From contig CAVVEU010000024.1 of assembly GCA_963747235.1 (NCBI GenBank), positions 224,001-288,000 of the forward strand: a stretch of 64,000 nt of DNA, given 5' to 3'. The position numbers and the translations under genes are program-made. Below are positions 30,893 to 43,525 of this stretch, one piece after another (the first letter of the stretch is position 1; each line of letters begins with the position of its first letter). Below the pieces are notes generated by a model. The model ran no database searches and had not been told where the DNA came from. It saw only the letters and a list, made by a program, of their open reading frames with translations. Source of the stretch: an uncultured Candidatus Rokubacteria bacterium. Its GTDB lineage: Bacteria > Methylomirabilota > Methylomirabilia > Rokubacteriales > CSP1-6.

Positions 30893-31704
30893 GACCGCAT
30901 CTCCGATTCGGGACGGTCCGGACCCTCTTGCGCCTTGACTGCTTCCCACGCTTGATCCAGGTCTGCCGCAGATGCCTCAGTGACCGTCCGGCCGCCCGCC
31001 TTCATCTCCGTCTCCACCTTCCCGAAGCGTCGGGTGAACTTCTCGGAGGCTCGGCGCAGGCAGTCCTCGGCATCCATGCCCCGTAGCCGTGCCACATTGA
31101 CGATCGAAAACAGCAGATCACCGAGCTCGTCCGCGACGCGGGTGTCATCCCCGCCGGTCAGCGCCGCCTGGACTTCGCCCACTTCCTCCCCCACCTTGCC
31201 CCACGCGTCCTGCCAGCCGGGCCAGTCGAAGCCCACGCGGGCCGCCTTGGTCTGCAGCCGCTGCGCCCGGAGTAGGGCGGGAAGCGAGGCGGGCACCCCC
31301 TCGAGGGCGGAGCCCGTCGAACCGGCCTCTTCGCGCTTGATCCGCTCCCACTGAGCGAGGGCCTCCCGGGAATCGGCCACCACGCGGTCTCCGAATACGT
31401 GCGGGTGCCGGCGGGTCATCTTGTCGCAGACCCGCTCGACCACGTCATCCATCGTGAACTCGCCGGCCTCGGCCCCGAGCTGACTATGGAAGACGACCTG
31501 GAAGAGCAGATCACCGAGCTCCTCCACCAGGTGATCTCGCGAGCCCTCATCGATGGCCTGCACGACCTCGTAGGCCTCCTCGATGACATACGGACGGAGC
31601 GAGGTTCGCGTCTGCTCGCGGTCCCACGGGCAGCCACCTTCGGCCCTGAGGCGAGCCATGAGGGAGAGGAGGGAGACGAAGCGAGTGCCGGCGGCGTCAG
31701 CCAT
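30889..31704 (-). CDS. mazG: Nucleoside triphosphate pyrophosphohydrolase MazG (tandem domain)
   Basis: GCPWDREQT, EEAYEV, EELGDLL, RRHPHVF, ELGDLLF. Confidence 0.96.
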   Translation of the reverse strand: MADAAGTRFVSLLSLMARLRAEGGCPWDREQTRTSLRPYVIEEAYEVVQAIDEGSRDHLVEELGDLLFQVVFHSQLGAEAGEFTMDDVVERVCDKMTRRHPHVFGDRVVADSREALAQWERIKREEAGSTGSALEGVPASLPALLRAQRLQTKAARVGFDWPGWQDAWGKVGEEVGEVQAALTGGDDTRVADELGDLLFSIVNVARLRGMDAEDCLRRASEKFTRRFGKVETEMKAGGRTVTEASAADLDQAWEAVKAQEGPDRPESEMRS

Positions 31705-31879
31705 GGGAAAATCGTGGAGTCGCACCGGCATTATACACAACCGGTTCCACTCGGTTGCAGGCTAGCACACGTCTGCGGTTCGCGCCCTCCCTGGACCAGC
31801 TAGCTGGCCGCCCACAGCGCTGCTCCCGGCCTGGCAAGCCTCTGATTTGGTTACCACGACTGGTAATATTTGGATCCTA

Positions 31880-31909
31880 CTTGACACTCACAGACTCAGG
31901 ATATATAAG
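31880..31909 (+). promoter_or_regulatory. dnaK promoter TTGACA-N17-TATAAG overlapped by a HAIR-like HspR operator CTTGACA-N7-ACTCAGG
   Basis: 11/14 match to the HAIR consensus CTTGAGT-N7-ACTCAAG at 31880-31900; hspR lies in the same operon. Confidence 0.75.
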
Positions 31910-31962
31910 TCAGATACGCTTAGATTAGAGCGACCAGCCATTCAGACAGGGGAGAACACGCT

Positions 31963-33879
31963 ATGGCGAAGGTGATCGGTATCGACCTCGGCACGACGAA
32001 CTCGGTAGTGGCGGTGGTGGAAGGCGGCGATCCCGCCGTCATCGCCAATCAGGAAGGGAGTCGCCTGACTCCGTCGGTGGTGGCGTTCACGAAGGAGGGC
32101 GACACCCTCGTCGGGCAGGTGGCGAAGCGTCAGGCCATCACCAATCCCGAGAACACCATCTTCTCCATCAAGCGCTTCATGGGTCGCCGCTACGACGAGG
32201 TGCTCGGTGAGGCCAAGCTCATCCCGTACAAGGTGCTGAAGGCCGACAACGGGGACGTGCGCGTGGAGAGCCGCGGCAAGATGTACTCGCCGCCGGAGAT
32301 CTCCGCGCTCGTGCTGCGCAAGCTCAAGGAAGCGGCCGAGGCCTACCTGGGAGAGAAGGTCACCCAGGCGGTGATCACGGTCCCGGCCTACTTCAACGAC
32401 AGCCAGCGCCAGGCCACGAAGGACGCGGGCGCGATCGCCGGCCTCGAGGTCCTCCGGATCGTCAACGAGCCCACCGCGGCCGCCCTCGCGTACGGTCTCG
32501 ACAAGAAGAAGGACGAGACGGTGGCGGTCTACGACCTGGGCGGCGGTACCTTCGACATCTCCGTGCTGGAGATCGGCGAGGGGGTGGTCGAGGTCAAGGC
32601 CACCAACGGTGACACCCACCTGGGCGGCGACGACTTCGACCAGCGAGTGATGGACTGGATCGCGGACGAGTTCAAGCGGGAGAACGGCATCGATCTGCGC
32701 AAGGACCGCATGGCGCTCCAGCGGCTCAAGGAAGCGTCCGAGAAGGCCAAGTGCGAGCTGTCCACCACGGTGCAGACCGAGATCAACCTCCCGTTCGTCA
32801 CCGCGGACGCGAGCGGACCCAAGCATCTCGTGCTGACCCTCACCCGGGCCAAGCTCGAGACGCTGGTGGCGGATCTGATCGAGCGGAGCCTGACTCCATG
32901 CCGGGAGGCGATGCGGCAGGCGGGGGTGAATCCCGCTGACATCGACGAGATCATCCTGGTCGGCGGCCAGACGCGGATGCCGAAGGTCCAGGAGGAGGTC
33001 AAGCGGCTGTTCGGCAAGGAGCCGAACAAGACGGTGAACCCGGACGAGGTCGTGGCCCTGGGCGCGGCGGTGCAGGCGGCGGTGCTGACCGGAGAGGTGA
33101 AGGACCTCCTGCTACTGGACGTGACGCCCCTGTCTCTCGGCATCGAGACGCTGGGCGGCGTGATGACGAAGCTGATCGACGCCAACACCACGATCCCGAC
33201 GAAGAAGGCGGAGACCTTCACGACCGCGGCGGACACCCAGCCGTCGGTGGAGGTGCACGTGCTGCAGGGTGAGCGGCCGATGGCGCGCGACAACCGCACG
33301 CTGGGCCGGTTCCACCTGGACGGGCTGCCGCCCGCGCCGCGGGGCGTGCCGCAGATCGAGGTGACGTTCGACATCGACGCGAACGGCATCCTCAACGTCT
33401 CGGCGCGCGACAAGGCGACGAGCAAGCAGCAGAACATCACGATCACGGCCTCGTCCGGCCTCAGCAAGGACGAGATCGAGCGGATGAAGAAGGAGGCCGA
33501 GGCGAACGCGGCCGACGACGCCCGGCAGCGCGAGGGCATCGAGATCCGGAACCTCGCCGACTCGGTGATGTACTCGACGGAGAAGCTGCTGCGCGAGCAG
33601 GGCGACAAGGTCGACGCCGCCGACAAGCAGGCGACCGAGGCCGCCCTCGGCGAGCTGCGGGAGGCGCTCAAGACCGAGGATCTCGACCGGATCAAGAAGG
33701 CGCAGGAAGCGACGGTCCAGGCCTCGCACAAGCTGTCGGAGGCCATGTACCGCGAAGCCCAGGCGAAGTCCCAGCCCGGCGCCGGCGGGGCGCCCGAGCC
33801 GGGGCCAGCGGGGGGCGCCACGCCGCCCAAGGGGGACGTGGTGGACGCCGAGTTCGAGGACCTCGGAGAGAAGAAGTAA
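31963..33879 (+). CDS. dnaK: Chaperone DnaK (Hsp70)
   Basis: [34 protein letters not shown]-terminal VVDAEFE. Confidence 0.99.
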   Translation: MAKVIGIDLGTTNSVVAVVEGGDPAVIANQEGSRLTPSVVAFTKEGDTLVGQVAKRQAITNPENTIFSIKRFMGRRYDEVLGEAKLIPYKVLKADNGDVRVESRGKMYSPPEISALVLRKLKEAAEAYLGEKVTQAVITVPAYFNDSQRQATKDAGAIAGLEVLRIVNEPTAAALAYGLDKKKDETVAVYDLGGGTFDISVLEIGEGVVEVKATNGDTHLGGDDFDQRVMDWIADEFKRENGIDLRKDRMALQRLKEASEKAKCELSTTVQTEINLPFVTADASGPKHLVLTLTRAKLETLVADLIERSLTPCREAMRQAGVNPADIDEIILVGGQTRMPKVQEEVKRLFGKEPNKTVNPDEVVALGAAVQAAVLTGEVKDLLLLDVTPLSLGIETLGGVMTKLIDANTTIPTKKAETFTTAADTQPSVEVHVLQGERPMARDNRTLGRFHLDGLPPAPRGVPQIEVTFDIDANGILNVSARDKATSKQQNITITASSGLSKDEIERMKKEAEANAADDARQREGIEIRNLADSVMYSTEKLLREQGDKVDAADKQATEAALGELREALKTEDLDRIKKAQEATVQASHKLSEAMYREAQAKSQPGAGGAPEPGPAGGATPPKGDVVDAEFEDLGEKK

Positions 33880-33933
33880 CAACGGAGAAGCGCGGGGCCC
33901 GCGGAACAGCGCGCGGCCCCGCGCCCGACCATA

Positions 33934-34941
33934 ATGCGTGACTACTACGCGGTGCTCGAGGTGAGTGCGGGAGCCACGACGGTGCAGATCCGTCGGGCGT
34001 ACCAGCGCCTCGCGCGGCGCTATTCCCCCGACGTCAACTTCTGGGAGCGCGACGCGCAGGCTCTCTTCGAGGAGATCGCGGAGGCCTACCGCATCCTGAG
34101 CGATCCTACCGCGCGCTCGGTCTACGACCGGCAGGGCGGGCGGCCCGCCGGACGGTCCGGTCCCGATCCATCGGAAGCCTCGCCGGCCGGGCGCCGGGGC
34201 GGTGATGCCCACGTCGCGGTCGAGCTCTCGTTCGCGCAGGCGGTCGCCGGCGTCGAGGCGGACGTACCGGTCGACCGGTTGTCTCCGTGCGAGGCCTGTC
34301 GCGCCACCGGCGCGGCCCCGGGTGTCCAGCCGACCACCTGCTCGCATTGCGGGGGGCTGGGCACGGTCTGGAGCGAGCCATCGCGCGACGGCGACATGTG
34401 CCCAGCCTGTGAGGGGGCCGGCACGCGCGTGGCGGCGGCCTGTGCGGCCTGCCGCGGTCGCGGCGCCACGCCGGGCCGCGCGGTGGTGCACGTGCTGCTG
34501 CCGCCGGGGATGGACACCGGCAGCCAGATCCGGATTCCCGGGGAAGGCCACTCGGGGCCGTTCGCCGGCCCGCGCGGGGACCTGATCGTGATCGCGCGGG
34601 TGCACGAGGATCCGCGCTACACGCGGAAGGGCGACAACCTCTACTGCGAGGTGCCGCTCTCCCTGGTCGAGGCCGTCCTCGGCGCCCGCGTCAAGGTGAA
34701 GGGCGTCGACGGATCCGTGGACCTGGCGATCCCCCCCGGCACCCAGAGCGGCCAGGCGTTCCGGCTGCGTGGCAAGGGCGTGCGGCGGCTCGCCGGGGAC
34801 GGGCGCGGCGATCTCTACGTGACCGCGCGGGTGGAGATTCCCCGCAGTCTGGATACACGGACGCAGGAGGTGTTCCGGCAGTTGGGACGGCTCCTGCCCG
34901 CCCATCCGGGCGTCATCGCGCCCGGGAGCGCCCGCGAATGA
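33934..34941 (+). CDS. dnaJ: DnaJ-family protein (J domain with SPD in place of HPD, four CxxCxxxG zinc motifs, C-terminal domain)
   Basis: RDYYAVLEV...YSPD...EAYRILSD; CEAC, CSHC, CPAC, CAAC; GDLY, PPGTQSG. Confidence 0.85.
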   Translation: MRDYYAVLEVSAGATTVQIRRAYQRLARRYSPDVNFWERDAQALFEEIAEAYRILSDPTARSVYDRQGGRPAGRSGPDPSEASPAGRRGGDAHVAVELSFAQAVAGVEADVPVDRLSPCEACRATGAAPGVQPTTCSHCGGLGTVWSEPSRDGDMCPACEGAGTRVAAACAACRGRGATPGRAVVHVLLPPGMDTGSQIRIPGEGHSGPFAGPRGDLIVIARVHEDPRYTRKGDNLYCEVPLSLVEAVLGARVKVKGVDGSVDLAIPPGTQSGQAFRLRGKGVRRLAGDGRGDLYVTARVEIPRSLDTRTQEVFRQLGRLLPAHPGVIAPGSARE

Positions 34942-35324
34942 CCGACCGCAGCCGGCCCCTCTACATGATCGGTGTCGTGGCGGAGATGGTGAAGATCCAT
35001 CCCCAGACCCTCCGCATGTACGAGAAGAAGGGATTGATCCGTCCGAGCCGTACGGAGGGGAAGACCCGGATGTACTCGACGGAGGACGTCGAGGAGATCG
35101 CGCGCGTCACCCGGCTGGCCCGCGATCTCGGCGTGAATCTCGCGGGCATCGAGATCATCTTAAAGATGAGGCGCCGCATGCTCGACATGCAGGCGCGGAT
35201 CGAGGAGTTGACCAATCACGTGCGGAATGACATGGCGGACTCGCGGGACGAGGCGCGGCGCGGCAAGAGCGAAGCGCTCGTCCGGGCGGCATCCAGCCAG
35301 CTTTCGCCGGTTGACCTTTTTTGA
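34938..35324 (+). CDS. hspR: Heat-shock repressor HspR (MerR family)
   Basis: YMIGVVAEMVKIHPQTLRMYEKKGLIRPSRT, LGVNLAGI; ATGA overlap with dnaJ. Confidence 0.88.
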   Translation: MTDRSRPLYMIGVVAEMVKIHPQTLRMYEKKGLIRPSRTEGKTRMYSTEDVEEIARVTRLARDLGVNLAGIEIILKMRRRMLDMQARIEELTNHVRNDMADSRDEARRGKSEALVRAASSQLSPVDLF

Positions 35325-35343
35325 GGGAAGGGAGGCCATCACC

Positions 35344-37773
<2,430 letters not shown>

Positions 37774-37800
37774 ACCATAAGTAGCTGAAACGTAAGCTAG

Positions 37801-37827
37801 AGAGGCCGTCCATCACGGGCGGCCTCT
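37801..37827 (+). terminator. Hairpin downstream of lon
   Basis: AGAGGCCGTCC-ATCAC-GGGCGGCCTCT with a weak U-tail. Confidence 0.55.
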
Positions 37828-37870
37828 CGTCGTTTCGGGACCCCCATGGCACGCCCCGTGGATATAGGGC

Positions 37871-38575
37871 GTGCTCAAGAGAGGCGTGATCGCGCTCGTG
37901 GCAGTGCTGGTTGGTCCTGGGGCCGTATCCATGGCTCAGGCCGACACCTATCGCATGGTCGACGACGCCGGGGGCGTGCACCTCACCAATGCCCCGGCGG
38001 ACCCGCGCTATCGGGGCCTGCCTGCCGTTTCGGGTACCGCCACCGGGTGGCTTCGCATGCCCGAGACCACCCGGGGTCAGTACGGCACCGAGATCCGTGA
38101 GATCTCCGCGCGCCACGGCGTGGACGCGACCCTCGTCGAGTCCGTGATTCGAGCCGAGTCGGCGTTCAATCCCACCGCGGTGTCCCGCACCGGCGCCCGC
38201 GGCCTGATGCAGCTCATGCCCAAGACCGCGGTGATGCTCGGCGTCCGTGACTCGTTCAACCCGCGCGAGAACATCGACGGCGGGGTGCGCCACCTGCGCT
38301 ATCTGCTGGATCGCTATCCCGGGAACGTCGCGCTCGCGGTCGCGGCCTACAATGCGGGCGAGGGCGCGGTGGACAGCTATCGCGGTATTCCGCCGTACGC
38401 GGAGACTCAGCAGTACGTGCAGCGCGTGCTGAACGGTGGCGGCGGCGGGGGCGGCGGGGTGTGGACCGGCGGGCGCAGCGTGATCCCGCGCTCGGTGTAC
38501 CGCTACGCAGGCCCCAACGGCTCGGTCACGTACAGTAACCTGCCGCCCGGCAGTCGCCTGACCGTCGCCCGCTAA
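37871..38575 (+). CDS. Secreted lytic transglycosylase (SLT) with DUF4124-like motifs
   Basis: Signal peptide; VIRAESAFNP, GARGLMQLMP, AAYNAG, ETQQYV. Confidence 0.9.
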   Translation: MLKRGVIALVAVLVGPGAVSMAQADTYRMVDDAGGVHLTNAPADPRYRGLPAVSGTATGWLRMPETTRGQYGTEIREISARHGVDATLVESVIRAESAFNPTAVSRTGARGLMQLMPKTAVMLGVRDSFNPRENIDGGVRHLRYLLDRYPGNVALAVAAYNAGEGAVDSYRGIPPYAETQQYVQRVLNGGGGGGGGVWTGGRSVIPRSVYRYAGPNGSVTYSNLPPGSRLTVAR

Positions 38576-39261
38576 GCGCCTCCGCCCGCCGCTTCTTCCA
38601 GGCCCTTCACGTCCCGCACGACCAATCGCCGTCCGCGCACCGTGACCAGACCCTCGCGCGCCAGCGCTGCGAGGGCGCGCGACAGGGGCTCGCGGACGGT
38701 CCCCACGCGCGCCGCGATCTCATCGCGAGTGCCCGGCAGTGTGATCTCCACGCCGTCCCGGATGCGGCCGCCGGTCCGGCCCGCTTCGTCCAGCACGAGA
38801 CGGCCCAGGCGTGCCCGGACCGACCGGAGCGTCAGATCGCCGGCCAGGGTCGCGAACGCCCGCACGCGCCGCGCCAGGATGGCGATGATGGAGAGGGCGA
38901 CCTCGGGATGGCGCCGGCACAAGGCATCGAGCTCTCGTCGCGGAAGCCAGAGCAGCCGTGCCGCGGTCTGCGCCGTCGCGGACGCCACGTAGCCGGCGCG
39001 GTCGAACAGCGGCACCTCGCCCAGCGTGGCGCCCGGGCCCTCGACATGGAGCACCTGCTCGCGGCCCTGAGGTGAGATGCGGAAGACCTTGACCCGCCCC
39101 TCGGCCACGATCCACAGGCCGGCACACGGCGCGCCTTCCTCGAAGATCCGCTGGCGCGGCGCGAAGCCGACCGCGCGGAGGCGCCGGGCCAGCGCGATCC
39201 GCTGCGGAGCCGGGAGCACACGGAAGTAGGGAATGCGGGCCAGCAGATCCGGCGTGTCCAC
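38572..39261 (-). CDS. Crp/Fnr family transcriptional regulator
   Basis: cNMP-binding fold (GRVKVFR, LGEVPLF) and HTH GTVREPLSRAL; GTG start at 39261; no N-terminal FNR Cys cluster. Confidence 0.9.
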   Translation of the reverse strand: MDTPDLLARIPYFRVLPAPQRIALARRLRAVGFAPRQRIFEEGAPCAGLWIVAEGRVKVFRISPQGREQVLHVEGPGATLGEVPLFDRAGYVASATAQTAARLLWLPRRELDALCRRHPEVALSIIAILARRVRAFATLAGDLTLRSVRARLGRLVLDEAGRTGGRIRDGVEITLPGTRDEIAARVGTVREPLSRALAALAREGLVTVRGRRLVVRDVKGLEEAAGGGA

Positions 39262-39293
39262 GCGCGCGCCCAGCGGGGCGGCCGCCCGCCGGG

Positions 39294-39725
39294 TCAGGCG
39301 GGTCGCGGCCAGACGAGCTCGAGGAAGCGGTCGAGGAGCCCGTCCTTCGTGAACAGCTCCGCCGCTTCCCGCGTGGTCCGCTGATCCATGCCCCACAGCG
39401 CGGCCCGCTTGCCGCGGTCCTGGTTCATCTGGATGAAGACGCGCTGGTCGCGCGTGAAGGCGATCGGCAGATCCTCGTAGATCTGGGCCGTGAACGCGTT
39501 GACCGCGGGCCCGCCGATCGCGACCGCGGGGAACATCTCGGCCATCTCCTGGTTGAGCATCCACATGTCGGTCACCACCACCGCGCTCCGGTTGTCCGCC
39601 CCCTCGCTGCGCGAGGCGATCGTGCGCTTGAGCTCGTAGGCGACCGGGCGATCCTCCTCCTCGGCGAGGATGCCGTAGCCGACCACGAGGAGGACCGTGG
39701 TCCGGACGTCGAAGTAGCGGGGCAT
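39294..39725 (-). CDS. Hypothetical protein (143 aa)
   Basis: MPRYFDVRTTVLLVVG...IGGPAVNA...LWGMD; typical codon usage; start overlaps the upstream stop (TGATG). Confidence 0.75.
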   Translation of the reverse strand: MPRYFDVRTTVLLVVGYGILAEEEDRPVAYELKRTIASRSEGADNRSAVVVTDMWMLNQEMAEMFPAVAIGGPAVNAFTAQIYEDLPIAFTRDQRVFIQMNQDRGKRAALWGMDQRTTREAAELFTKDGLLDRFLELVWPRPA

Positions 39726-40303
39726 CAGCGAATCAGGCGCGCCAGCTCCCGGAAGTCGTCGGTGTCCGCCTGGCGCAGGAGCTGGAAGAGCACGGTCTCG
39801 GTGGTCGTGACCACCGCGCCGGCCTGCCGGAGCTGGGCCATGGCCAGGCGCCAGTTGGCCTGGGTGCGCGAGGTGACCGCGTCGGCCACGATGTGCACCG
39901 CGTAGCCCTCGGCCAGCAGGTCGAGCGCTGACATCAGCACGCACACGTGGGCCTCGATGCCGACCAGGAGGAGCTGGCGCGCGCCCGTCGCGGTGAGCCG
40001 GCTGCGGAACGCGTCCACCTCCAGGCAGGAGAACGCGACCTTCTCGACCGGCTGTACTCCGGCCGGAAGGGCATCCTTCAGCTCCTGCAGGGTATGGCCG
40101 AGGCCTTTGGGGTACTGCTCGGTGACCAGGGTGCCCAGATTCAACCGCCGCGCCGTCGCGGTCAGGACCTTGATGTTGCGCATGACCTCTTCCCGGTGGT
40201 CGGCGTCCATGGCCGGGAACAGGCGCTCCTGCACGTCGATCACGACCAGGGCGGTGCGCTCGCGGTCGAGCGTCATGGGGTGAGGCGTGGCGGCGTGGCT
40301 CAT
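39725..40303 (-). CDS. Isochorismatase/YcaC-related cysteine hydrolase
   Basis: LVVIDVQERL, TEQYPKGLG, GIEAHVCV, DAVTSR. Confidence 0.92.
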   Translation of the reverse strand: MSHAATPHPMTLDRERTALVVIDVQERLFPAMDADHREEVMRNIKVLTATARRLNLGTLVTEQYPKGLGHTLQELKDALPAGVQPVEKVAFSCLEVDAFRSRLTATGARQLLLVGIEAHVCVLMSALDLLAEGYAVHIVADAVTSRTQANWRLAMAQLRQAGAVVTTTETVLFQLLRQADTDDFRELARLIR

Positions 40304-40345
40304 CGGGACCTCCGGGAGCGAGGATCGAAAATCGCGCACATCCTC

Positions 40346-41884
40346 TCACATCTGGGAGCGTTGGCAAGTCGTCGCGCCCGTCGGCGCGCCGGCGAGCCGG
40401 ACGTACTCGAAGACCGTCCAGAGGGCCAGGAAGAGACCGAGCTGGATCGAGGCCTGGTAGAAGAGGGGGAGGATCTCCGCCGACGCCAGCTCGAAGGCAT
40501 ACGCGCACGCCATGATGACGGACAGCAGCGCCATCTCGACGGCGCTGATCCGGTCGGCCCGGCCCTCGTGCCACGGCAAGAGGACCAGGAGCGCCAGGAA
40601 GGAGTAGTAGTACCCGGTGAGCGAGAAGGCGCAGAAGACGAGGGGGACCGCGAAGGTCAGGCTCTCGAGCGCGCGGGCGCGCAGGATCAAGGGAAGCGCC
40701 ACCAGCAGGTAGCCGGCCGACAGCAGGGGGAGCAGGTACGCGGCCGGCCGAGCCGCCGCGATCGCCTCCGCGGGCACGAACACCGCCCCGTCCGCGGTCG
40801 AGCTCCACGGCACGGAGCCGAACACGAGCAACGGGCCGAGTCCGACCGAGTTGACGAACGGATCCTGGGCGTGCAGCCGGATCTTGGCCAGGAACTCGAG
40901 CACCAGGGGCCGCTGAGCGGGCCACGCCATGAGCCCCACCGAGATCACGAGAAGGAGCCCCAACGCCGCCCGGAGGCAGGATGCCACCACCGGTTCCGGT
41001 CGCCGGCCCATGCGCGCCTGCGTCCACTTGATCACGAGGGGAATCAGGAACAGGACGGGGAACACCCGGGCCGCCGCGGCGTACCCGAGCAGGAGCCCGC
41101 CGGTGGTGCCCGAGCCCCGGGCGAGCGCGGCGGCGCCGGCGAGGAGCGCGGCGACCCAGTCCCAGCGCAGGAGCGATCCACCGATGTAGTCGAATCGCGC
41201 GAAGAAGCTCAGCGAGAGGAAGGTGAGCGTGAGGGCGGTGGGCACGGCGCCGAACGCGCGCCAGACGGCCCCGGCCGCCGCGATCATCAGGACGTAGTCG
41301 AGCGAGGACAGCAGCGCGAGCGTCGGCGCGCTCACGGGAAGGGATCCGACCAGCAGGTGCAGGAGGAGGGCCCGCGGGGGTGGATCATTGTAGCCGCGGT
41401 CGACGAGAAGCTCCGGCCACGCGTCGATCCGCGGACCGAAGAAGGTCAGGTCGCGTTTGAACGTCTCCCACCGCGCGTTCGAGAAGCGCGAGCGGATCGG
41501 CTCCGGCCCGACCGTCGTCGTCGGGCGCGGGACATAGGTCGCGAGGTCTCGAACGTAGCTGATCCCGCCGAAGGCGCCGAGCTCGCGGCCCGCCACGAGC
41601 GTGGCCTCGTAGAGGCCCGAGTACCCGAGCTCCGGGAGGTACTTGGCCCCCATGAAGTAGTGAAAGGCGTCGTAGTAGTGGATGTGGCCGGGCCGGTAGC
41701 CGGACTGGTTCGGGTGCAGGACCCCGAAGTTCGGATAGCTCGCGAGGGCGCCGACGAGGACCGCGAAGATCAGCACGCGATGCCGTCGCGAGATCACGCC
41801 GCGGCGGGCGAGCGTGAACAGCAGGCCGGCGAGCGCCACCAGCAGCAGGATCCGGCCCAGGAGAATGCCCTGGTAGAGCGTCAT
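40346..41884 (-). CDS. Polytopic membrane protein, probable GT-C (GT87/DUF2029-like) glycosyltransferase
   Basis: Many TM helices; periplasmic loop HYYDAFHYFMGAKY; RGYNDPPP resembling the GT87 YPP motif; ARVFP. Confidence 0.55.
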   Translation of the reverse strand: MTLYQGILLGRILLLVALAGLLFTLARRGVISRRHRVLIFAVLVGALASYPNFGVLHPNQSGYRPGHIHYYDAFHYFMGAKYLPELGYSGLYEATLVAGRELGAFGGISYVRDLATYVPRPTTTVGPEPIRSRFSNARWETFKRDLTFFGPRIDAWPELLVDRGYNDPPPRALLLHLLVGSLPVSAPTLALLSSLDYVLMIAAAGAVWRAFGAVPTALTLTFLSLSFFARFDYIGGSLLRWDWVAALLAGAAALARGSGTTGGLLLGYAAAARVFPVLFLIPLVIKWTQARMGRRPEPVVASCLRAALGLLLVISVGLMAWPAQRPLVLEFLAKIRLHAQDPFVNSVGLGPLLVFGSVPWSSTADGAVFVPAEAIAAARPAAYLLPLLSAGYLLVALPLILRARALESLTFAVPLVFCAFSLTGYYYSFLALLVLLPWHEGRADRISAVEMALLSVIMACAYAFELASAEILPLFYQASIQLGLFLALWTVFEYVRLAGAPTGATTCQRSQM

Positions 41885-41921
41885 GCTCCCGTGAAGATAC
41901 CCTACTACGCCGCGCGGGCCC

Positions 41922-43439
41922 TCACCGCGCGCGATCGAGCCCGCGGTACTGGATCGCCTCGGAGATGTGCTCGGCGGTGATGGCGTCGTCGCCCGCGAGG
42001 TCGGCGATGGTGCGGGCCACGCGCAGCAGGCGATCGTGGGCGCGGGCCGAGAAGCCGAGCTGGGTCACGGCCAGGCCGAGGAGCCGCGCCGCGTCGGCGG
42101 GCAGGGGGCAGTGGCGGCGGGTCTGCCGACCTGACATGCGGGCGTTGACGTGGGTCGGCGTGCCGGCGAAGCGGACGGCCTGGCGGGCGCGGGCGGTGAG
42201 CACGCGGGCGCGGATGACCGAGGACAGCTCTCCCACGGCCGCGTCGGTCAGCTCGGCGTAGGGCAGGGCGGGGATGTCGAGGTGGAGATCGATGCGGTCG
42301 AGCAGGGGGCGCGAGAGGCGAGCCAGGTAGCGGGCGCGCTCGGCGGGGGAGCAGCCGCAGGTCGGCAGCGAGGCGCAGCCGCGACGGCAGGGATTGGCGG
42401 CGGCGACGAGCTGGAAGCGGGCGGGGAAGCTGGCGGTGCCCGCGGAGCGGGAGACGACGACGCGCGCGTCCTCGAGCGGCTGGCGCAGGGCTTCCAGCAC
42501 CCGCTGGGAGAACTCGGGCAGCTCGTCCATGAACAGCACGCCGTGATGGGCGAGGCTGATCTCGCCGGGATGCGGCACCCCGCCGCCGCCGATGAGGCCG
42601 GCCTCGGACGCGGTGTGGTGCGGGCTACGGAACGGCCGCGCGGTGAGCAGGCCTTGCTCGGGCGGCAGCAGGCCGGCGACGCTCCAGACGGTGGAGGCCT
42701 CGATGGCTTCCTCGAGGGAGAGCGGCGGCAGGATGGAAGCCACCCGCCGGGCGAGCATGGTCTTGCCGGTGCCGGGTGGCCCGATCATCAGGACATTGTG
42801 CGCGCCGGCGGCCGCGATCTCGAGGCCGCGCTTGGCGTGCGCGTGGCCCCGCACGTCGGCGAAATCGAGGCCGTCGCCCTCGCCGTCCCGCCGGGGCCGA
42901 CGCGTGCCGAAGGCCGGGCCGATCTCTCGCTCGCCGTTCAGGTACTCGACGGCGTCGTGCAGGGTGGCGATGGGAATCACGTCGATGCCTTCCACCACGC
43001 TGGCCTCCGGCGCGTTCGCGGCGGGCACGAGCAGCGGCGTGAAGCCCTCCCGCCGCGCGTGCAGGGCCACCGGCAGCACGCCGCGCACCGCGCGCACGCT
43101 GGCGTCGAGCGACAGCTCGCCCATCACGAGCGCGCGGTCCAGCCGGCCCGGCTTGATCAGCCCGGTGGCGGAGAGGATGCCGACCGCGGTCGGCAGATCG
43201 AAGGCGGCGCCTTCCTTGCGGACATCGGCGGGCGCCAGGTTGACGGTGATGCGGTCGATCGGAAACTCCAGGCCCGAGTTGCGGATGGCCGCGCGGACCC
43301 GGTCGCGGCTCTCGCGCACGGTCGCGTCCGGGAGGCCGACGGTGTTGAACGAGGGCAGCCCCGAGGTGACGTCCACCTCGATGAAGATGGTGGCGGCCTC
43401 GATCCCGTGGAGCGTGGCGGAGCGAACTCGCGCGAGCAC
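41922..43439 (-). CDS. comM: ComM/YifB Mg-chelatase-like AAA+ helicase
   Basis: VGLPDATVRESRDRV, NLAPAD, GPPGTGKTM, PFRSPHH, GEISLAHHGVLFMDE, SARAHDRLLRVARTIADL. Confidence 0.95.
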   Translation of the reverse strand: MLARVRSATLHGIEAATIFIEVDVTSGLPSFNTVGLPDATVRESRDRVRAAIRNSGLEFPIDRITVNLAPADVRKEGAAFDLPTAVGILSATGLIKPGRLDRALVMGELSLDASVRAVRGVLPVALHARREGFTPLLVPAANAPEASVVEGIDVIPIATLHDAVEYLNGEREIGPAFGTRRPRRDGEGDGLDFADVRGHAHAKRGLEIAAAGAHNVLMIGPPGTGKTMLARRVASILPPLSLEEAIEASTVWSVAGLLPPEQGLLTARPFRSPHHTASEAGLIGGGGVPHPGEISLAHHGVLFMDELPEFSQRVLEALRQPLEDARVVVSRSAGTASFPARFQLVAAANPCRRGCASLPTCGCSPAERARYLARLSRPLLDRIDLHLDIPALPYAELTDAAVGELSSVIRARVLTARARQAVRFAGTPTHVNARMSGRQTRRHCPLPADAARLLGLAVTQLGFSARAHDRLLRVARTIADLAGDDAITAEHISEAIQYRGLDRAR

Positions 43440-43525
43440 GAGCCCAGTGTGGGAACGCGGGCCGGCTCCGTCAATGTCCCGGAAGCGATACGTCCGTGAA
43501 AGGGACATCTGCTAGACTCGGAGGC

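Noticed and set aside
31942-33932. Long antisense ORFs opposite dnaK (also 12747-15362, 25960-28341, 39947-41980, 55647-57413)
   Set aside because: Shadow ORFs from high-GC codon bias opposite well-supported genes.
37847-37862. sigma54 promoter for the lytic transglycosylase (TGGCACG-N5-TGGA)
   Set aside because: Good -24 box but non-consensus -12; not supportable.
39294-41027. 577-aa ORF
   Set aside because: Only the last 143 codons look coding; the rest overlaps two better-supported genes in other frames.
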